64,000 bases of DNA. It comes from Patescibacteria group bacterium (GTDB taxonomy: Bacteria > Patescibacteriota > Patescibacteriia > JAHJFT01). Below the pieces are notes generated by a model. It was not told the DNA's origin, did no database searches, and was given only the letters and a program-made list of their open reading frames with translations. The translations under genes were made by a program, and so were the position numbers. Of this stretch, positions 54,446 through 64,000 are shown one piece after another; positions within the stretch are counted from its first letter, which is position 1, and the number at the start of each line of letters is the position of its first letter. Where the stretch lies: assembly GCA_028710985.1 (NCBI GenBank), contig JAQTTB010000001.1:231397-295396 (forward strand). The letters are read 5' to 3'.

Positions 54446-55264
54446 ATGATTTCAATAATCATTCCAACATTCAACGAAGAGCGTCTTCTCCCCAAGCTGC
54501 TTGATTCAATCAAGCGGCAGACTTATCGCGATTATGAAGTGATCGTTGCCGATGCCGCCTCCCGCGACCGCACCCACGAGATTGCGGAAGCCTGGGGCGC
54601 ACGCGTGGTCGAAGGCGGCACGCCGGCCGCCGGACGAAATGCCGGCGCCCGCGCGGCCCGCGGGCAGTATCTCTTATTCCTGGACGCCGACGTTATTCTG
54701 CCCGTAAATTTCCTGCGCACCGCTCTTTCTGAATTCAATACAAATTATTTTGAAATCGCCACACCGACCCTCTTCCCCATCTCTGATCTGAATATTGATA
54801 AAATAATTTTCTTTTTCGCAAATCTCATCATTGAATCGACGCAGGATTTTTATTCCTTCGCCCCGGGCGCCGGGATTCTGGTTACCCGCCGCCTCCACGA
54901 GCGCATTCGCGGCTTCAATGAAACTCTTAAAATGTCCGAAGACCACGATTATGTCGAGCGCGCGCGCGAATTCGCCAAATACGGCGTGCTCAAAAATGCC
55001 TACCTCTTCTTAAGTGTCCGCCGACTCGACCATGAAGGCCGTCTGAATCTTTTAAGAAAATATTTTTTGCTCGATGTCTACCGCTTTATAAATAAAAAAG
55101 TCGACAAGCAAATGGTCCAATACGAATTTGGCGATTTTCACAAAGTCAAAGGATTGAATGCCGTGGAAAAAACCCTGGAACAAACCATCACCGGCGCGCA
55201 AAAACTCTCCAAGGCGTTCAAAAAATTCGCCGACAAAATGAAGCAATTCGTTGAAGAGGAATAA
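54446..55264 (+). CDS. family 2 glycosyltransferase
   Basis: ISIIIPTFNEERLLPKLLDSIKRQTYRDYEVIVADAASRD...LFLDADV is the GT-A fold with the DxD motif. Confidence 0.75.
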   Translation: MISIIIPTFNEERLLPKLLDSIKRQTYRDYEVIVADAASRDRTHEIAEAWGARVVEGGTPAAGRNAGARAARGQYLLFLDADVILPVNFLRTALSEFNTNYFEIATPTLFPISDLNIDKIIFFFANLIIESTQDFYSFAPGAGILVTRRLHERIRGFNETLKMSEDHDYVERAREFAKYGVLKNAYLFLSVRRLDHEGRLNLLRKYFLLDVYRFINKKVDKQMVQYEFGDFHKVKGLNAVEKTLEQTITGAQKLSKAFKKFADKMKQFVEEE

Positions 55265-56108
55265 TGACATGAAACCAATCATCCCGGATCCACAAAAATT
55301 TGAAAGAATAATGCAGGAAATTAAAAAATCCGGCTATGGGAACTTGCATATTTTAACCGATTTCGACCGCACTTTAACCTACGGTTGCATAGATGGAATT
55401 AAAACGCCTTCAATTATTGCCATGCTCCGAGACGGAAATCATCTGACCCCGGAATATACGGAAAAAGCACGATCGTTCGCCGATAAATATCATACCATTG
55501 AGATTGACCCCGACATTCCGATTGAGGAAAAGAAAATATCGATGAGGGAGTGGTGGGCGCAACACACCGAACTGCTTATCCAATCCGGACTGTCAAAGGC
55601 CGATCTAGAAGACATCGTGCAGAATGGACCCGTAAAACTAAGGCGGGGCGTTACCGAATTTCTGGACATTCTGCAAAAAAACAACATCCCCCTCGTAATC
55701 ATCTCGTCAAGCGGCTGTGGCGATGCAATCCGGATGTATTTTGAAAAAAACAAAAGCGATTATGAAAATATATTTTACGTGACAAACCAATTTGTTTGGG
55801 ATGAAGCCGGCAAGGCCATTTCCGCCAAACAGCCAATTATTAATTGCATGAACAAGGACGAAACAATCCTTCAAAATATACCCGAAGTTTATCGCGCCAT
55901 CAAAAACAGAAAAAACGTTATTTTGCTCGGCGACAGTCCTGGTGATCTTGGCATGATTGAAGGTTTCAATTATGCCAATCTTCTCAAGATCGGATTTCAA
56001 AATTGCGAATATAATTCAGAGGAAGAATTTAAAAAATATTTTGACATCATTCTTCAAGGCGACGAAACTTTTGACTACATAAATTCACTGGTAAAAACTA
56101 TTAAATAA
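55251..56108 (+). CDS. HAD-superfamily hydrolase, pyrimidine 5'-nucleotidase-like (tentative)
   Basis: ILTDFDRTLT carries the DxDxT catalytic motif near the N-terminus. A C-terminal GDSPGDL is present. An alternative start lies at 55269. Confidence 0.5.
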   Translation: MKRNNDMKPIIPDPQKFERIMQEIKKSGYGNLHILTDFDRTLTYGCIDGIKTPSIIAMLRDGNHLTPEYTEKARSFADKYHTIEIDPDIPIEEKKISMREWWAQHTELLIQSGLSKADLEDIVQNGPVKLRRGVTEFLDILQKNNIPLVIISSSGCGDAIRMYFEKNKSDYENIFYVTNQFVWDEAGKAISAKQPIINCMNKDETILQNIPEVYRAIKNRKNVILLGDSPGDLGMIEGFNYANLLKIGFQNCEYNSEEEFKKYFDIILQGDETFDYINSLVKTIK

Positions 56109-56128
56109 ACCGTTTGTACCAATAAATC

Positions 56129-56161
56129 AAAAACGTCCGCATTACTCGCGGACGTTTTTTG
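56129..56161. terminator. bidirectional rho-independent terminator
   Basis: aaaaACGTCCGCattactcGCGGACGTtttttg. Confidence 0.8.
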
Positions 56162-56194
56162 TTCTATTGTTCTCTTGCTCCATTGTTCCATTGA

Positions 56195-57295
56195 TTATCT
56201 GATATACGAGAGCGGATTGTATTTCGCGCCGTTGATGATTACCTCAAGATGAATATGCGGACCGGTTGACCGGCCGGTTGAACCAACAAGCCCGACGGTC
56301 TGGCCGCGCGAAACCTTGTCGCCCGGCTTTACATATATTTTGGACGCGTGGCCGTAGCGCGTCATCATGCCGTTGCCGTGATTAATGTCAATGCAATTGC
56401 CATAACCAACATACCAGCCGGCGCGCGTTACGGTACCAGCTTCAGCCGCGTAAATCGGTTCGCCGAGCGGCACCGCGATATCCAAGCCGCTGTGGCCCCA
56501 ATGATAATATTGCGAGATGCGGTGGCCGATCGTCGGCCAGAGCAGGCGCGTCCTTGATTGCGAAGTGCTCCCGGGCGGCGGGTTGCTGCCAAAAATCGTG
56601 CTGACCGGCGCGGTATAGCTCGGCCGCGGAGCAGCCGGCATGATTCCGCCGGGCACCACAATCTTTTCACTCACGCGCAAATCACTCGCGCTCGCGAGCT
56701 TATTGAATTCAATAATCTTCTCGGACTCGGATTTATATTTCTTCGCGATGCCGGCGACCGTCTCCCCGCTCTTCACGGTATGCAAAACGCCGGACGTCGG
56801 CAAGATCGTTAACTTGCCGCCCGGATGAATGAAGCTGCCGGCCGAAAGGCTGTTCGCCCAAAGCAGGGTATTCAAACTGATGTTAAACTTTTCGGCAATC
56901 AAATTCAGGGTGTCTCCATCTTCAACTATATATTCTTCCACACTCGTGCGCGGCGCGACCGATTCTCCGCCCTCTGGAATTGACGGCTGAATCACCGCGT
57001 TGCCTTCGCCCACGGTCTGAATCAAGCCGTAGTCCGGCTCTTCGTTATAATCAACCTGCGGCAGAACCGCAAGCGCATCGCCGGCGCCGTAACTTTTTTC
57101 CTGCTGTATGAGCTCGAGATCCAGGGTTTCTTCGGTAAGCTCCAAATCCTCATTGCCAACAATAGAATATAATAGGCTGCCCTCGCCGAATGTTTCGGTA
57201 CGAACCTCATACGCGTTCAGGCTACTCACGCTCGTAAAAATCGCAATAAGCGCCACCGCTATATGGATTGTATAGCGATTGGTAAAAATATACAT
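56195..57295 (-). CDS. LysM-domain M23-family metallopeptidase (LytM-like)
   Basis: Two LysM repeats (YIVEDGDTLNLIAEKFNISLNTLLWAN and HTVKSGETVAGIAKKY) are followed by the M23 core HWGHSGLDIA...GNCIDINHG...GSTGRSTGPHIHLEV. The start is moved to MYIFTNRY, which precedes a signal peptide. Confidence 0.8.
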   Translation of the reverse strand: MYIFTNRYTIHIAVALIAIFTSVSSLNAYEVRTETFGEGSLLYSIVGNEDLELTEETLDLELIQQEKSYGAGDALAVLPQVDYNEEPDYGLIQTVGEGNAVIQPSIPEGGESVAPRTSVEEYIVEDGDTLNLIAEKFNISLNTLLWANSLSAGSFIHPGGKLTILPTSGVLHTVKSGETVAGIAKKYKSESEKIIEFNKLASASDLRVSEKIVVPGGIMPAAPRPSYTAPVSTIFGSNPPPGSTSQSRTRLLWPTIGHRISQYYHWGHSGLDIAVPLGEPIYAAEAGTVTRAGWYVGYGNCIDINHGNGMMTRYGHASKIYVKPGDKVSRGQTVGLVGSTGRSTGPHIHLEVIINGAKYNPLSYIR

Positions 57296-57794
57296 GAAGG
57301 TATTCTTGGCCGGAAGCGCCAGTCCGCCGGCAAAAGAACGCGACTGCCGAAATGCGCGAAAACCGAGCAAAATAAAAACCCTGAGGATTTTTTGTCCAAT
57401 GATGCGAATCGGCGCGAACGCGGCTCTTGCAATGCCTCCCATGCCGCAAAGCGCGATTCCGACAACCTTGTACAACCCCAGGAATGTCTGAACAGTGAAT
57501 TTTTTTATTGCTATTTTTATATGGACCTCGAATTTTTCCGCACTCCAAGCAATTTTCCCTAGAATTAGCCAAAAAATCGTAAAAATTGCTCTAAAAGCCG
57601 GAAAATTAGCTCAAATGAGCTTAATTATTCTTACATTCAAAAACCTTATTTGACGTTCAAGATAATACCATATTTTGGGAAAATTGTCAACCCTCCGGCC
57701 GACTTCTGTGCAAACGCCGGATTGACAAAACCGCACCAAAAAACTATGATATATTTCGCTAAGATTTAATAAATTTCTCTTTAATTATACACCT

Positions 57795-59798
57795 ATGTCT
57801 GTCCCACTCCTAGTTTCGATTCTCGCGCCAATTGTCGCCATTATCTACGGCTGCATTCTCATCGGCTGGATCCTTAAACTCCCCCAAGGCGACGGTAAAA
57901 TGAAGGGTATTGCCCTGGCAATCCAGGAAGGCGCCCGCGCCTATTTAAACCGCCAATATAAGGTAATCGCCGCCATTGGCGCGGTGATTTTTGTCCTGCT
58001 CTGGATCGGGCTCGGCGCCAAGGTCGCGCTCGGCTTCATGGTCGGCGCCGCGCTTTCGGCCGCTGCCGGCTATATCGGCATGAACGTTTCGGTTCGCGCC
58101 AATGTCCGCACCGCCGAAGCCGCGAAGCGCGGCATGTCCGCCGCCCTTCAGGTAGCGGTCCGCGGTGGCTCAGTCACCGGCCTTCTCGTAGTCGGGCTCG
58201 CGCTTTTGGGCGTTGCCGTATTTTTTGCCGCAACCGGCGATCTCAAGGCCCTGATTGGGCTCGGATTTGGCGGCAGTTTAATTTCCGTGTTTGCCCGCCT
58301 CGGCGGCGGCATCTATACAAAAGCCGCGGATGTGGGCGCCGACTTAGTGGGAAAAGTTGAAGCCGGCATACCGGAAGACGATCCCCGAAATCCGGCCGTG
58401 ATTGCCGACAACGTCGGCGATAATGTCGGCGACTGCGCCGGCATGGCGGCCGATCTTTTTGAAACTTACGCCGTTACCGCGGTTGCCGCCATGCTTCTCG
58501 GCTCCTTGCTTTTCCCCACCTCGCCGAACATTGTTCTCTATCCGCTTGTGATCGGCGCGGTTTCCATCATCGCCTCAATCATCGGCACATTCGCCATCCG
58601 CCTCGGCAAAAGCCAGAACATCATGGCCGCGCTTTATCGCGGGCTCGCGGTTGCCGGAGTCGTTGCCGCCGCTGCTTTCTACCCGGTCACCCGCTGGATG
58701 CTTGCCTCAAGCTTCAACGATCCGGCGGAAATCAATAATATATTTTTCGCTTCGCTCATCGGGCTTGCAGTGACCGCGCTCATGGTTATCATTACCGATT
58801 ATTACACATCAACAAAATATAATCCCGTGAAAAAAATCGCCAAGGCAAGCGAGACCGGCCATGGCACAAACATCATCGCCGGACTCGGCATCGGCATGAA
58901 ATCAACCGCCCTGCCGGTGATTGTCATCGCCCTGGGCATCTGGGCTGCTTTTGCCTTTGCCGGGCTCTACGGCATCGCCATTGCCGCGATGAGCATGCTT
59001 TCCCTCACCGGAATTATTATTGCAATTGATGCCTACGGCCCGATTACGGATAATGCCGGCGGCATCGCCGAAATGGCCGAACTGCCGGAAGAGGTTCGCA
59101 ATATCACCGATCCGCTTGATGCGGTCGGCAACACCACCAAGGCCGTGACCAAGGGATACGCCATTGGTTCGGCCGGACTGGCCGCGCTCGTGCTCTTTGC
59201 CGCATACGCCGAAGAGCTCACCACCGGCGGACGCGAATTCCTGTTCCAGCTCTCCGATTACCGCGTGATCATCGGCCTCTTTATCGGCGGACTCCTGCCG
59301 TATCTTTTCGGCGCCTTTGCCATGGAGGCCGTGGGTAAAACCGCGGGCAAGGTAGTTGAAGAAGTTCGCCGCCAGTTCCGCGAAATCAAAGGCATTATGG
59401 AAGGAACGGCCAAACCCGATTACGCAAAATGCGTTGATATCGTGACCCGCGGCGCCCTGCGCCAGATGATTGTGCCGGCTCTGATTCCGGTTCTCGCGCC
59501 GATTGTCATCGGATTTGTTCTCGGACCCGAAGCCTTGGGCGGACTCTTGATCGGCTCAATCGTCACCGGCCTTTTTATCGCCATTTCCATGACCACCGGC
59601 GGCGCGGCCTGGGACAACGCAAAAAAATATATTGAAAAAGGAAACTACGGCGGCAAAGGCTCGCTCGCCCATCAGGCGGCCGTCACCGGCGACACGGTCG
59701 GCGACCCGTACAAAGACACCGCCGGCCCGGCCATCAACCCGATGATTAAGATACTGAACATCGTCGCGCTTCTCATCATCGGATTCATGGTGAAATAA
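57795..59798 (+). CDS. hppA: membrane-bound proton-translocating pyrophosphatase (V-type H+-PPase)
   Basis: [20 protein letters not shown] and [21 protein letters not shown] are the H+-PPase signature motifs. There are about 16 TM segments. Confidence 0.9.
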   Translation: MSVPLLVSILAPIVAIIYGCILIGWILKLPQGDGKMKGIALAIQEGARAYLNRQYKVIAAIGAVIFVLLWIGLGAKVALGFMVGAALSAAAGYIGMNVSVRANVRTAEAAKRGMSAALQVAVRGGSVTGLLVVGLALLGVAVFFAATGDLKALIGLGFGGSLISVFARLGGGIYTKAADVGADLVGKVEAGIPEDDPRNPAVIADNVGDNVGDCAGMAADLFETYAVTAVAAMLLGSLLFPTSPNIVLYPLVIGAVSIIASIIGTFAIRLGKSQNIMAALYRGLAVAGVVAAAAFYPVTRWMLASSFNDPAEINNIFFASLIGLAVTALMVIITDYYTSTKYNPVKKIAKASETGHGTNIIAGLGIGMKSTALPVIVIALGIWAAFAFAGLYGIAIAAMSMLSLTGIIIAIDAYGPITDNAGGIAEMAELPEEVRNITDPLDAVGNTTKAVTKGYAIGSAGLAALVLFAAYAEELTTGGREFLFQLSDYRVIIGLFIGGLLPYLFGAFAMEAVGKTAGKVVEEVRRQFREIKGIMEGTAKPDYAKCVDIVTRGALRQMIVPALIPVLAPIVIGFVLGPEALGGLLIGSIVTGLFIAISMTTGGAAWDNAKKYIEKGNYGGKGSLAHQAAVTGDTVGDPYKDTAGPAINPMIKILNIVALLIIGFMVK

Positions 59799-59810
59799 AA
59801 ATAATAAAAA

Positions 59811-59842
59811 TAACCGCTCCATAATACCGGGGCGGTTTTTTG
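59811..59842 (+). terminator. rho-independent terminator after hppA
   Basis: AACCGCtccataataccggGGCGGTTtttt. Confidence 0.6.
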
Positions 59843-59884
59843 TTAATCGTGTACTTTCATAAAACAAGCTTTTAGTGTTAAAAT

Positions 59885-60151
59885 ATGGCTGTATTCCATA
59901 AATTAATACAAATGAAAAACAGACTTATATTCATAATTAAACTGGTTTTATCAGCATTTCTTTCCCTGATATGGTTTTTTCTCATTCAGGGAGAATATGA
60001 AATGATTACAAAACCCGAGCTGCAAAATGATTTCCCGATCATTAAGGGTGTTTATGCGGTTTACTTTCTTGGCTTTATTTTATTCGCCATCGGCGGAATT
60101 ATTGTTTATTTATTATTTTCAATCAAAAAAAATAAAATATGGAAGAAATAA
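59885..60151 (+). CDS. small hypothetical membrane protein (2 TM)
   Basis: An 88-aa ORF. Confidence 0.4.
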   Translation: MAVFHKLIQMKNRLIFIIKLVLSAFLSLIWFFLIQGEYEMITKPELQNDFPIIKGVYAVYFLGFILFAIGGIIVYLLFSIKKNKIWKK

Positions 60152-60825
60152 TTTTTCAAAAATTAAAAGACGCGGCGGAAAAAGAAATCTCAAATATGAC
60201 GGACCCTTCGCACGACATGGGCCATGTCCTGCGAGTATATAATCTCGCCCTGACTATCGCGAAAAATGAAAGTGCGGTTGACTTGGACGTTTTGCAAGCC
60301 GCGGCGCTCCTGCACGATATCGGCGGATACAAAGAGCTCAACGACCCGAGCGGCAATACCGATCACGCAATAGTCAGCGCGGAAATGGCCGTACCGATTC
60401 TAAAAAACCTGAGTTTTTCCGCCGAAAAAATCAAGCATGCGCAGGACTGCATTATTTCCCATCGCTACAAAACCGAACACAAACCCCAAACCATTGAAGC
60501 CAAAATACTATTTGACGCCGACAAACTTGATGCCACCGGCGCGATCGGCATGGCGCGCGGATTTACCTGGGTTGGAAAAAATAATGCAAATATTTTTAAA
60601 AAAGTTGATATCAACGAATATATTAAAGAAAACATGGGCGGCAAAATAAACGGCCGGATTCATGACAAAACCAAACACAGTCCGCAGATTGAATTTGAAA
60701 CAAAACATAAATTTTTAATTGACAAACTATTCACTCAAACCGCGAAAAATATCTGCAGTGAGAGAATAACATATATGAAAAATTTTTATGGCCGCCTGGA
60801 ACGTGAAATAAACGGCGAGCTGTAG
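60139..60825 (+). CDS. HD-domain phosphohydrolase
   Basis: HDMGHVLRV is the H...HD start. LLHDIGG and FDADKLD supply the conserved D. Confidence 0.7.
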   Translation: MEEIIFQKLKDAAEKEISNMTDPSHDMGHVLRVYNLALTIAKNESAVDLDVLQAAALLHDIGGYKELNDPSGNTDHAIVSAEMAVPILKNLSFSAEKIKHAQDCIISHRYKTEHKPQTIEAKILFDADKLDATGAIGMARGFTWVGKNNANIFKKVDINEYIKENMGGKINGRIHDKTKHSPQIEFETKHKFLIDKLFTQTAKNICSERITYMKNFYGRLEREINGEL

Positions 60826-60980
60826 AAATATTGTTTCGCTAACAACATTTCTACCCGCGCCTCCTCCAATGGATCCGCCTCCGGCGGAAAAGCCGCGGGT
60901 TTTATTTTATTAGAAGCCCGCTTACCCTGTAATCTTGTCTCGGGGTAAGCGGGCAATATGAATAAATATGTCGGCGGAGC

Positions 60981-61000
60981 CCTGCCTGCCGGCAGGCAGG
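60981..61000. repeat. 20-bp perfect palindrome CCTGCCTGCCGGCAGGCAGG (copy 4)
   Basis: An exact copy, downstream of the HD gene. Confidence 0.85.
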
Positions 61001-61128
61001 CGACTCTTCTTCTAAAAAACCCGCCCAGATGCCCTGCACTAAAAGCGCAGGGTCGGGTTTATGGCTTGACGCTCAATAAGAATAGTTGATATATTATTAG
61101 CATAACAAAGCTAAATTTAACCAAATAT

Positions 61129-62634
61129 ATGGCATTTTCAGAACGACTTGCCGCCATGAAATCCAAACAAGAAGCCGCCGATCAAGCCAAGGCGGAAGCC
61201 GAACAGGCTAAAAAACAGGAGGCCGAACGCGCCGCTCAAGCGGAAAAAGAATCAAAAAAGGGCGAACTCTCGGCCGATCGTGAACGCGTTGGCGCCGAAC
61301 TTGCGAGTGCCGAAGTCGAAGCCCAAGGAGCTGACACCGCCGTGGCTGAAGCCGAAACATTTGCCGCCGAGCAGGGCGAGAACTTGGATGCCGAAGCCAA
61401 GGCGGAAATTGACGCCATCAAGCAAGAAGCCGCCGCGGCCAAAGAAAAATTTGAAAATCTCAAAGCCGAAGCTGCGCGGATTGACGCCGAACTTTCGACG
61501 CTTGAAAGCGGCGAACCCGTACCGGCCGAAACCGTGACCGAAACCCCAGCCGCCGAAGCATCCGTCGAGGCACCGGTCGAAGCGCCAGCCGCAGAAAAAC
61601 CCTTGGAAACACCCGCTGAAGCGCAAAAAACGGAAAAATTTTTTGGTGCAGATGATATTAAAGAATACCTCGCAAAATTTTCGCTTGATGAAGTCTACGG
61701 TGTTGAATCCATGGCGCGAGGATTAGAGAATATACCCAAAAAACAAAAGGCTAAAATAACGACTGAAGGTCTTACGGAGTTGCAGAATGTACAGGCCAAA
61801 ATGGCAGAGAATCCAAAATTTCAAGAACAGAGTAAACGGCTTAGCGAGGTTATCAACGGAATGGAACATTACTTGAACCTGCGGGACAATCCCAAATATT
61901 TAAAGGAAGCGGCGCAGATTGTTATTGAAAAAATGAAGACCGGGAATGTATCTATGCAGCGCGATGGTCGTAGAAATCTAAGTAGACTTATTGATGATTC
62001 TCAAGCCGTCGGACCGGTAGCAATGGCGCGTTTGACCGAAGCGCTCGAAACGCAACCTCTTGACATAGTCAAGGAAAAGAAAACAGAAAAACAAAAACAG
62101 CGCGACGAAGTGTCTAAAATACGAGGGGAAGCGCTTCCCAAGGTTGACTATTTTCAAACTGAAGGATTCCATGACATCCCAAAATTAGCCGCGGCCATTG
62201 AAACCGTGGACCCACAAAAAGCTGATAAGTATCATGAATTTTTTGTTAATGGCTTAGTGGATTCGTTAAAAGACAAAAAGCCGGCCGAGGTGCGCGTAGA
62301 TTTATTCGCTCGAGGAGATAGGGATTCGGTCGTAGAAGAACTTGGCACTTTGCTTAAGCGCATGGATAAAGGGGAGGGATTTTCACCGGATCTTGAAAAA
62401 GCTATCGCGCAACTCCTACCAATATTAGAGGCTAGCGACAAGATTGAAGAGGTAAAATTTCCTCAAAGCGGAAAATGGGCAAAAGTTAAAGGCACATCCG
62501 AATTTCTAACTGATCCTTTTCTTTTTCGCTCGCTAGACCGCGGCGGTACCGAAGAAGATGAAATGAATAAACAAGCGATAGATAGGGTCCGAAAAACTCT
62601 GAACGAAATAAAAGCGAAGAATGGAACGGCATAA
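61129..62634 (+). CDS. hypothetical protein, N-terminal Ala/Glu/Lys-rich coiled coil
   Basis: KAEAEQAKKQEAERAAQAEKE... is low-complexity. The C-terminal ~300 aa are unannotated. Confidence 0.5.
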   Translation: MAFSERLAAMKSKQEAADQAKAEAEQAKKQEAERAAQAEKESKKGELSADRERVGAELASAEVEAQGADTAVAEAETFAAEQGENLDAEAKAEIDAIKQEAAAAKEKFENLKAEAARIDAELSTLESGEPVPAETVTETPAAEASVEAPVEAPAAEKPLETPAEAQKTEKFFGADDIKEYLAKFSLDEVYGVESMARGLENIPKKQKAKITTEGLTELQNVQAKMAENPKFQEQSKRLSEVINGMEHYLNLRDNPKYLKEAAQIVIEKMKTGNVSMQRDGRRNLSRLIDDSQAVGPVAMARLTEALETQPLDIVKEKKTEKQKQRDEVSKIRGEALPKVDYFQTEGFHDIPKLAAAIETVDPQKADKYHEFFVNGLVDSLKDKKPAEVRVDLFARGDRDSVVEELGTLLKRMDKGEGFSPDLEKAIAQLLPILEASDKIEEVKFPQSGKWAKVKGTSEFLTDPFLFRSLDRGGTEEDEMNKQAIDRVRKTLNEIKAKNGTA

Positions 62635-62648
62635 TAACTAAAATATTA

Positions 62649-62682
62649 AAAAAACTTAGAAGAATTTTTCTAAGTTTTTTTA
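62649..62682. terminator. bidirectional rho-independent terminator
   Basis: aaaaaaaCTTAGAAgaatttTTCTAAGttttttt. Confidence 0.7.
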
Positions 62683-62688
62683 ATATAG

Positions 62689-62880
62689 TTATGTCAGGCC
62701 GATCTGCTTCCTGATCTTTTCAATCTCCCGCTGGTCGCGGCTTGCCATACCGTCTTCCCTCACTTTTCGCGATCTTTTCTTGAGGTCGCGTAACTTTGCC
62801 TGAAGCGAGATTAACTCCGTCTCTATTCCTAGAAGTCTTTTGCGGTATTCTTCGCGTTTTTTCGCGGTCATTTTTGCCAT
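62689..62880 (-). CDS. small hypothetical coiled-coil protein
   Basis: A 63-aa basic ORF. Confidence 0.35.
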   Translation of the reverse strand: MAKMTAKKREEYRKRLLGIETELISLQAKLRDLKKRSRKVREDGMASRDQREIEKIRKQIGLT

Positions 62881-62960
62881 ATACGCCTAGTATATCATAT
62901 TTTCCGAATTTCCGGACAGCAATTGACGGTTTTCGTATTTTCGGCTATACTCCACCCAAT

Positions 62961-64000
62961 ATGCCATACACATTTCAAAAACTTCCAAAATCATGCGCTG
63001 AATTTTCATTCACCATTCCGGTTGACGAAATCCAGCCGTTTTTAATACAGGCGGCCGAACGGCTCTCGCAAAAATCAACCATCCCCGGCTTCCGCCCGGG
63101 CAAAGCGCCCTACGACATGATCATGAAGCGCTTTGGCGAAATGGCGATCTGGGAAGAGGCGCTTGAACACATCGTGCGCAAACATTACGCCAACGCGCTC
63201 GCGGCCGAAAGCCTGGAGACCATCGGTTCGCCGGAAATCAACGTGGAAAAGCTCGCGCCCGGCAATCCGCTTGCCTTCAAAATTAAAACTTCCCTCGTCC
63301 CGGAGATTGATAAGCTCGCGGACTATTCCGTAAAAAAATTTGACCGCAAAACCCCGGAGATTGAGGACAAAAAAATTGATAAAGTGATTGAAGACGTCCG
63401 TAAAATGCAGACCAAGGAAAAATTGGTTGACCGCCCGGCCACCGCCGCCGACAAAGTCGTGATTGAAATGGAAATGACGCAGAACGGCGTCATTATGGAG
63501 GGCGGCAAGAGCCCGAATTTCCAGGTCTACCTCGCCGAGGAAAATTACATACCCGGCCTGACCCGGGAACTTGTGGGATTAAAATCCGGCGATGAAAAAA
63601 AATTCACCTTAAAATTTCCGGACCAGCATTTTCAAAAAAGCATGCAGGGAAAAAATGTTGATTTCCGCGTCAAAGCGACTGGAGTATACGAACTCGAACC
63701 CCCGGAGATTAACGACGAATTCGCAAAAACCATGGGCCAGCCCGATCTCGCGGCAATGAAAAAACTCATCCGCGAGAATCTCGTGAACGAAGCCGCGGAA
63801 GAAGAAGAGCGCCGGCTTGAACGCGCCATCTTTGACGATCTGATCTCCGCGAGCCGCTTCGGCGACATGCCCGACTTGCTGGTGAACGAGGAAATCAACA
63901 AAATGCTTCACGAGCTTGAACACAATGCCGAGCACCAGGGCATGAAGTTTGAAGACTATCTCGCGAGCATCAAAAAAACCGTCGCCGACCTCAAAATTGA
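62961..64000 (+). CDS. tig: trigger factor (partial; the C-terminus lies beyond the window)
   Basis: MPYTFQKLPKSCAEFSFTIP...GFRPGKAPYDMIMKRFG is the trigger-factor N-terminal ribosome-binding signature. The frame stays open to the window end. Confidence 0.85.
   Translation, partial: MPYTFQKLPKSCAEFSFTIPVDEIQPFLIQAAERLSQKSTIPGFRPGKAPYDMIMKRFGEMAIWEEALEHIVRKHYANALAAESLETIGSPEINVEKLAPGNPLAFKIKTSLVPEIDKLADYSVKKFDRKTPEIEDKKIDKVIEDVRKMQTKEKLVDRPATAADKVVIEMEMTQNGVIMEGGKSPNFQVYLAEENYIPGLTRELVGLKSGDEKKFTLKFPDQHFQKSMQGKNVDFRVKATGVYELEPPEINDEFAKTMGQPDLAAMKKLIRENLVNEAAEEEERRLERAIFDDLISASRFGDMPDLLVNEEINKMLHELEHNAEHQGMKFEDYLASIKKTVADLKI

Overview
This 64-kb window looks like a fragment of a small-genome bacterium, probably Candidate Phyla Radiation / Patescibacteria (Parcubacteria-like). 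The basis is the gene content: a fused RpiB-Rpe, many small GIY-YIG nucleases, a tandem array of TrbC/VirB2-like pilins, an H+-pyrophosphatase, and compact overlapping genes. The core genes I recognise are: a Hanks-type Ser/Thr kinase (partial), ileS, rpiB-rpe, a SpoIID-like protein, wzx/waaL-like envelope genes, galU, a tandem LOG protein, nifS-nifU, gpsA, rpsO-(NYN)-pnp, dksA-like, lspA, comM, hppA, an HD hydrolase and tig (partial). Four tRNAs are present: Ser-CGA, His-GTG, Arg-TCT and Arg-CCT.

Superimposed on this are several accessory and repeat features:
1. An AT-rich five-gene island sits at 12168-17331, beside tRNA-Ser. It encodes an XRE HTH, an N6A methyltransferase, a DUF262(DGQQR)-HNH nuclease, a small protein and an 824-aa Rad50/SMC-like ABC ATPase. 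It resembles a Lamassu/Septu-like or restriction-modification-linked defence system with an unusual effector.
2. Two loci share the same architecture: a degenerate tRNA 5' fragment carrying a GC-hairpin insertion, then a GIY-YIG ORF, then an intact tRNA. Extra tRNA 3'-end copies lie downstream (Ser x3, Arg x3, His x2), which suggests serial site-specific insertion at tRNA genes.
3. There is a family of perfect 20-bp palindromes (CCTGCCTGCCGGCAGGCAGG, four copies) plus related CCTGCC/GGCAGG motifs. There are also TGATTC-rich inverted repeats and GC hairpin families.
4. A high-GC (~60-70%) island at 27.9-33.9 kb carries only unknown secreted, lipo- and membrane proteins.
5. A ~340-nt promoter-to-terminator ORF-free locus at 51185-51525 is a candidate structured ncRNA of unknown class.
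6. A four-helix-bundle gene is flanked by ~35-bp inverted repeats.

I saw no CRISPR array and no rRNA.
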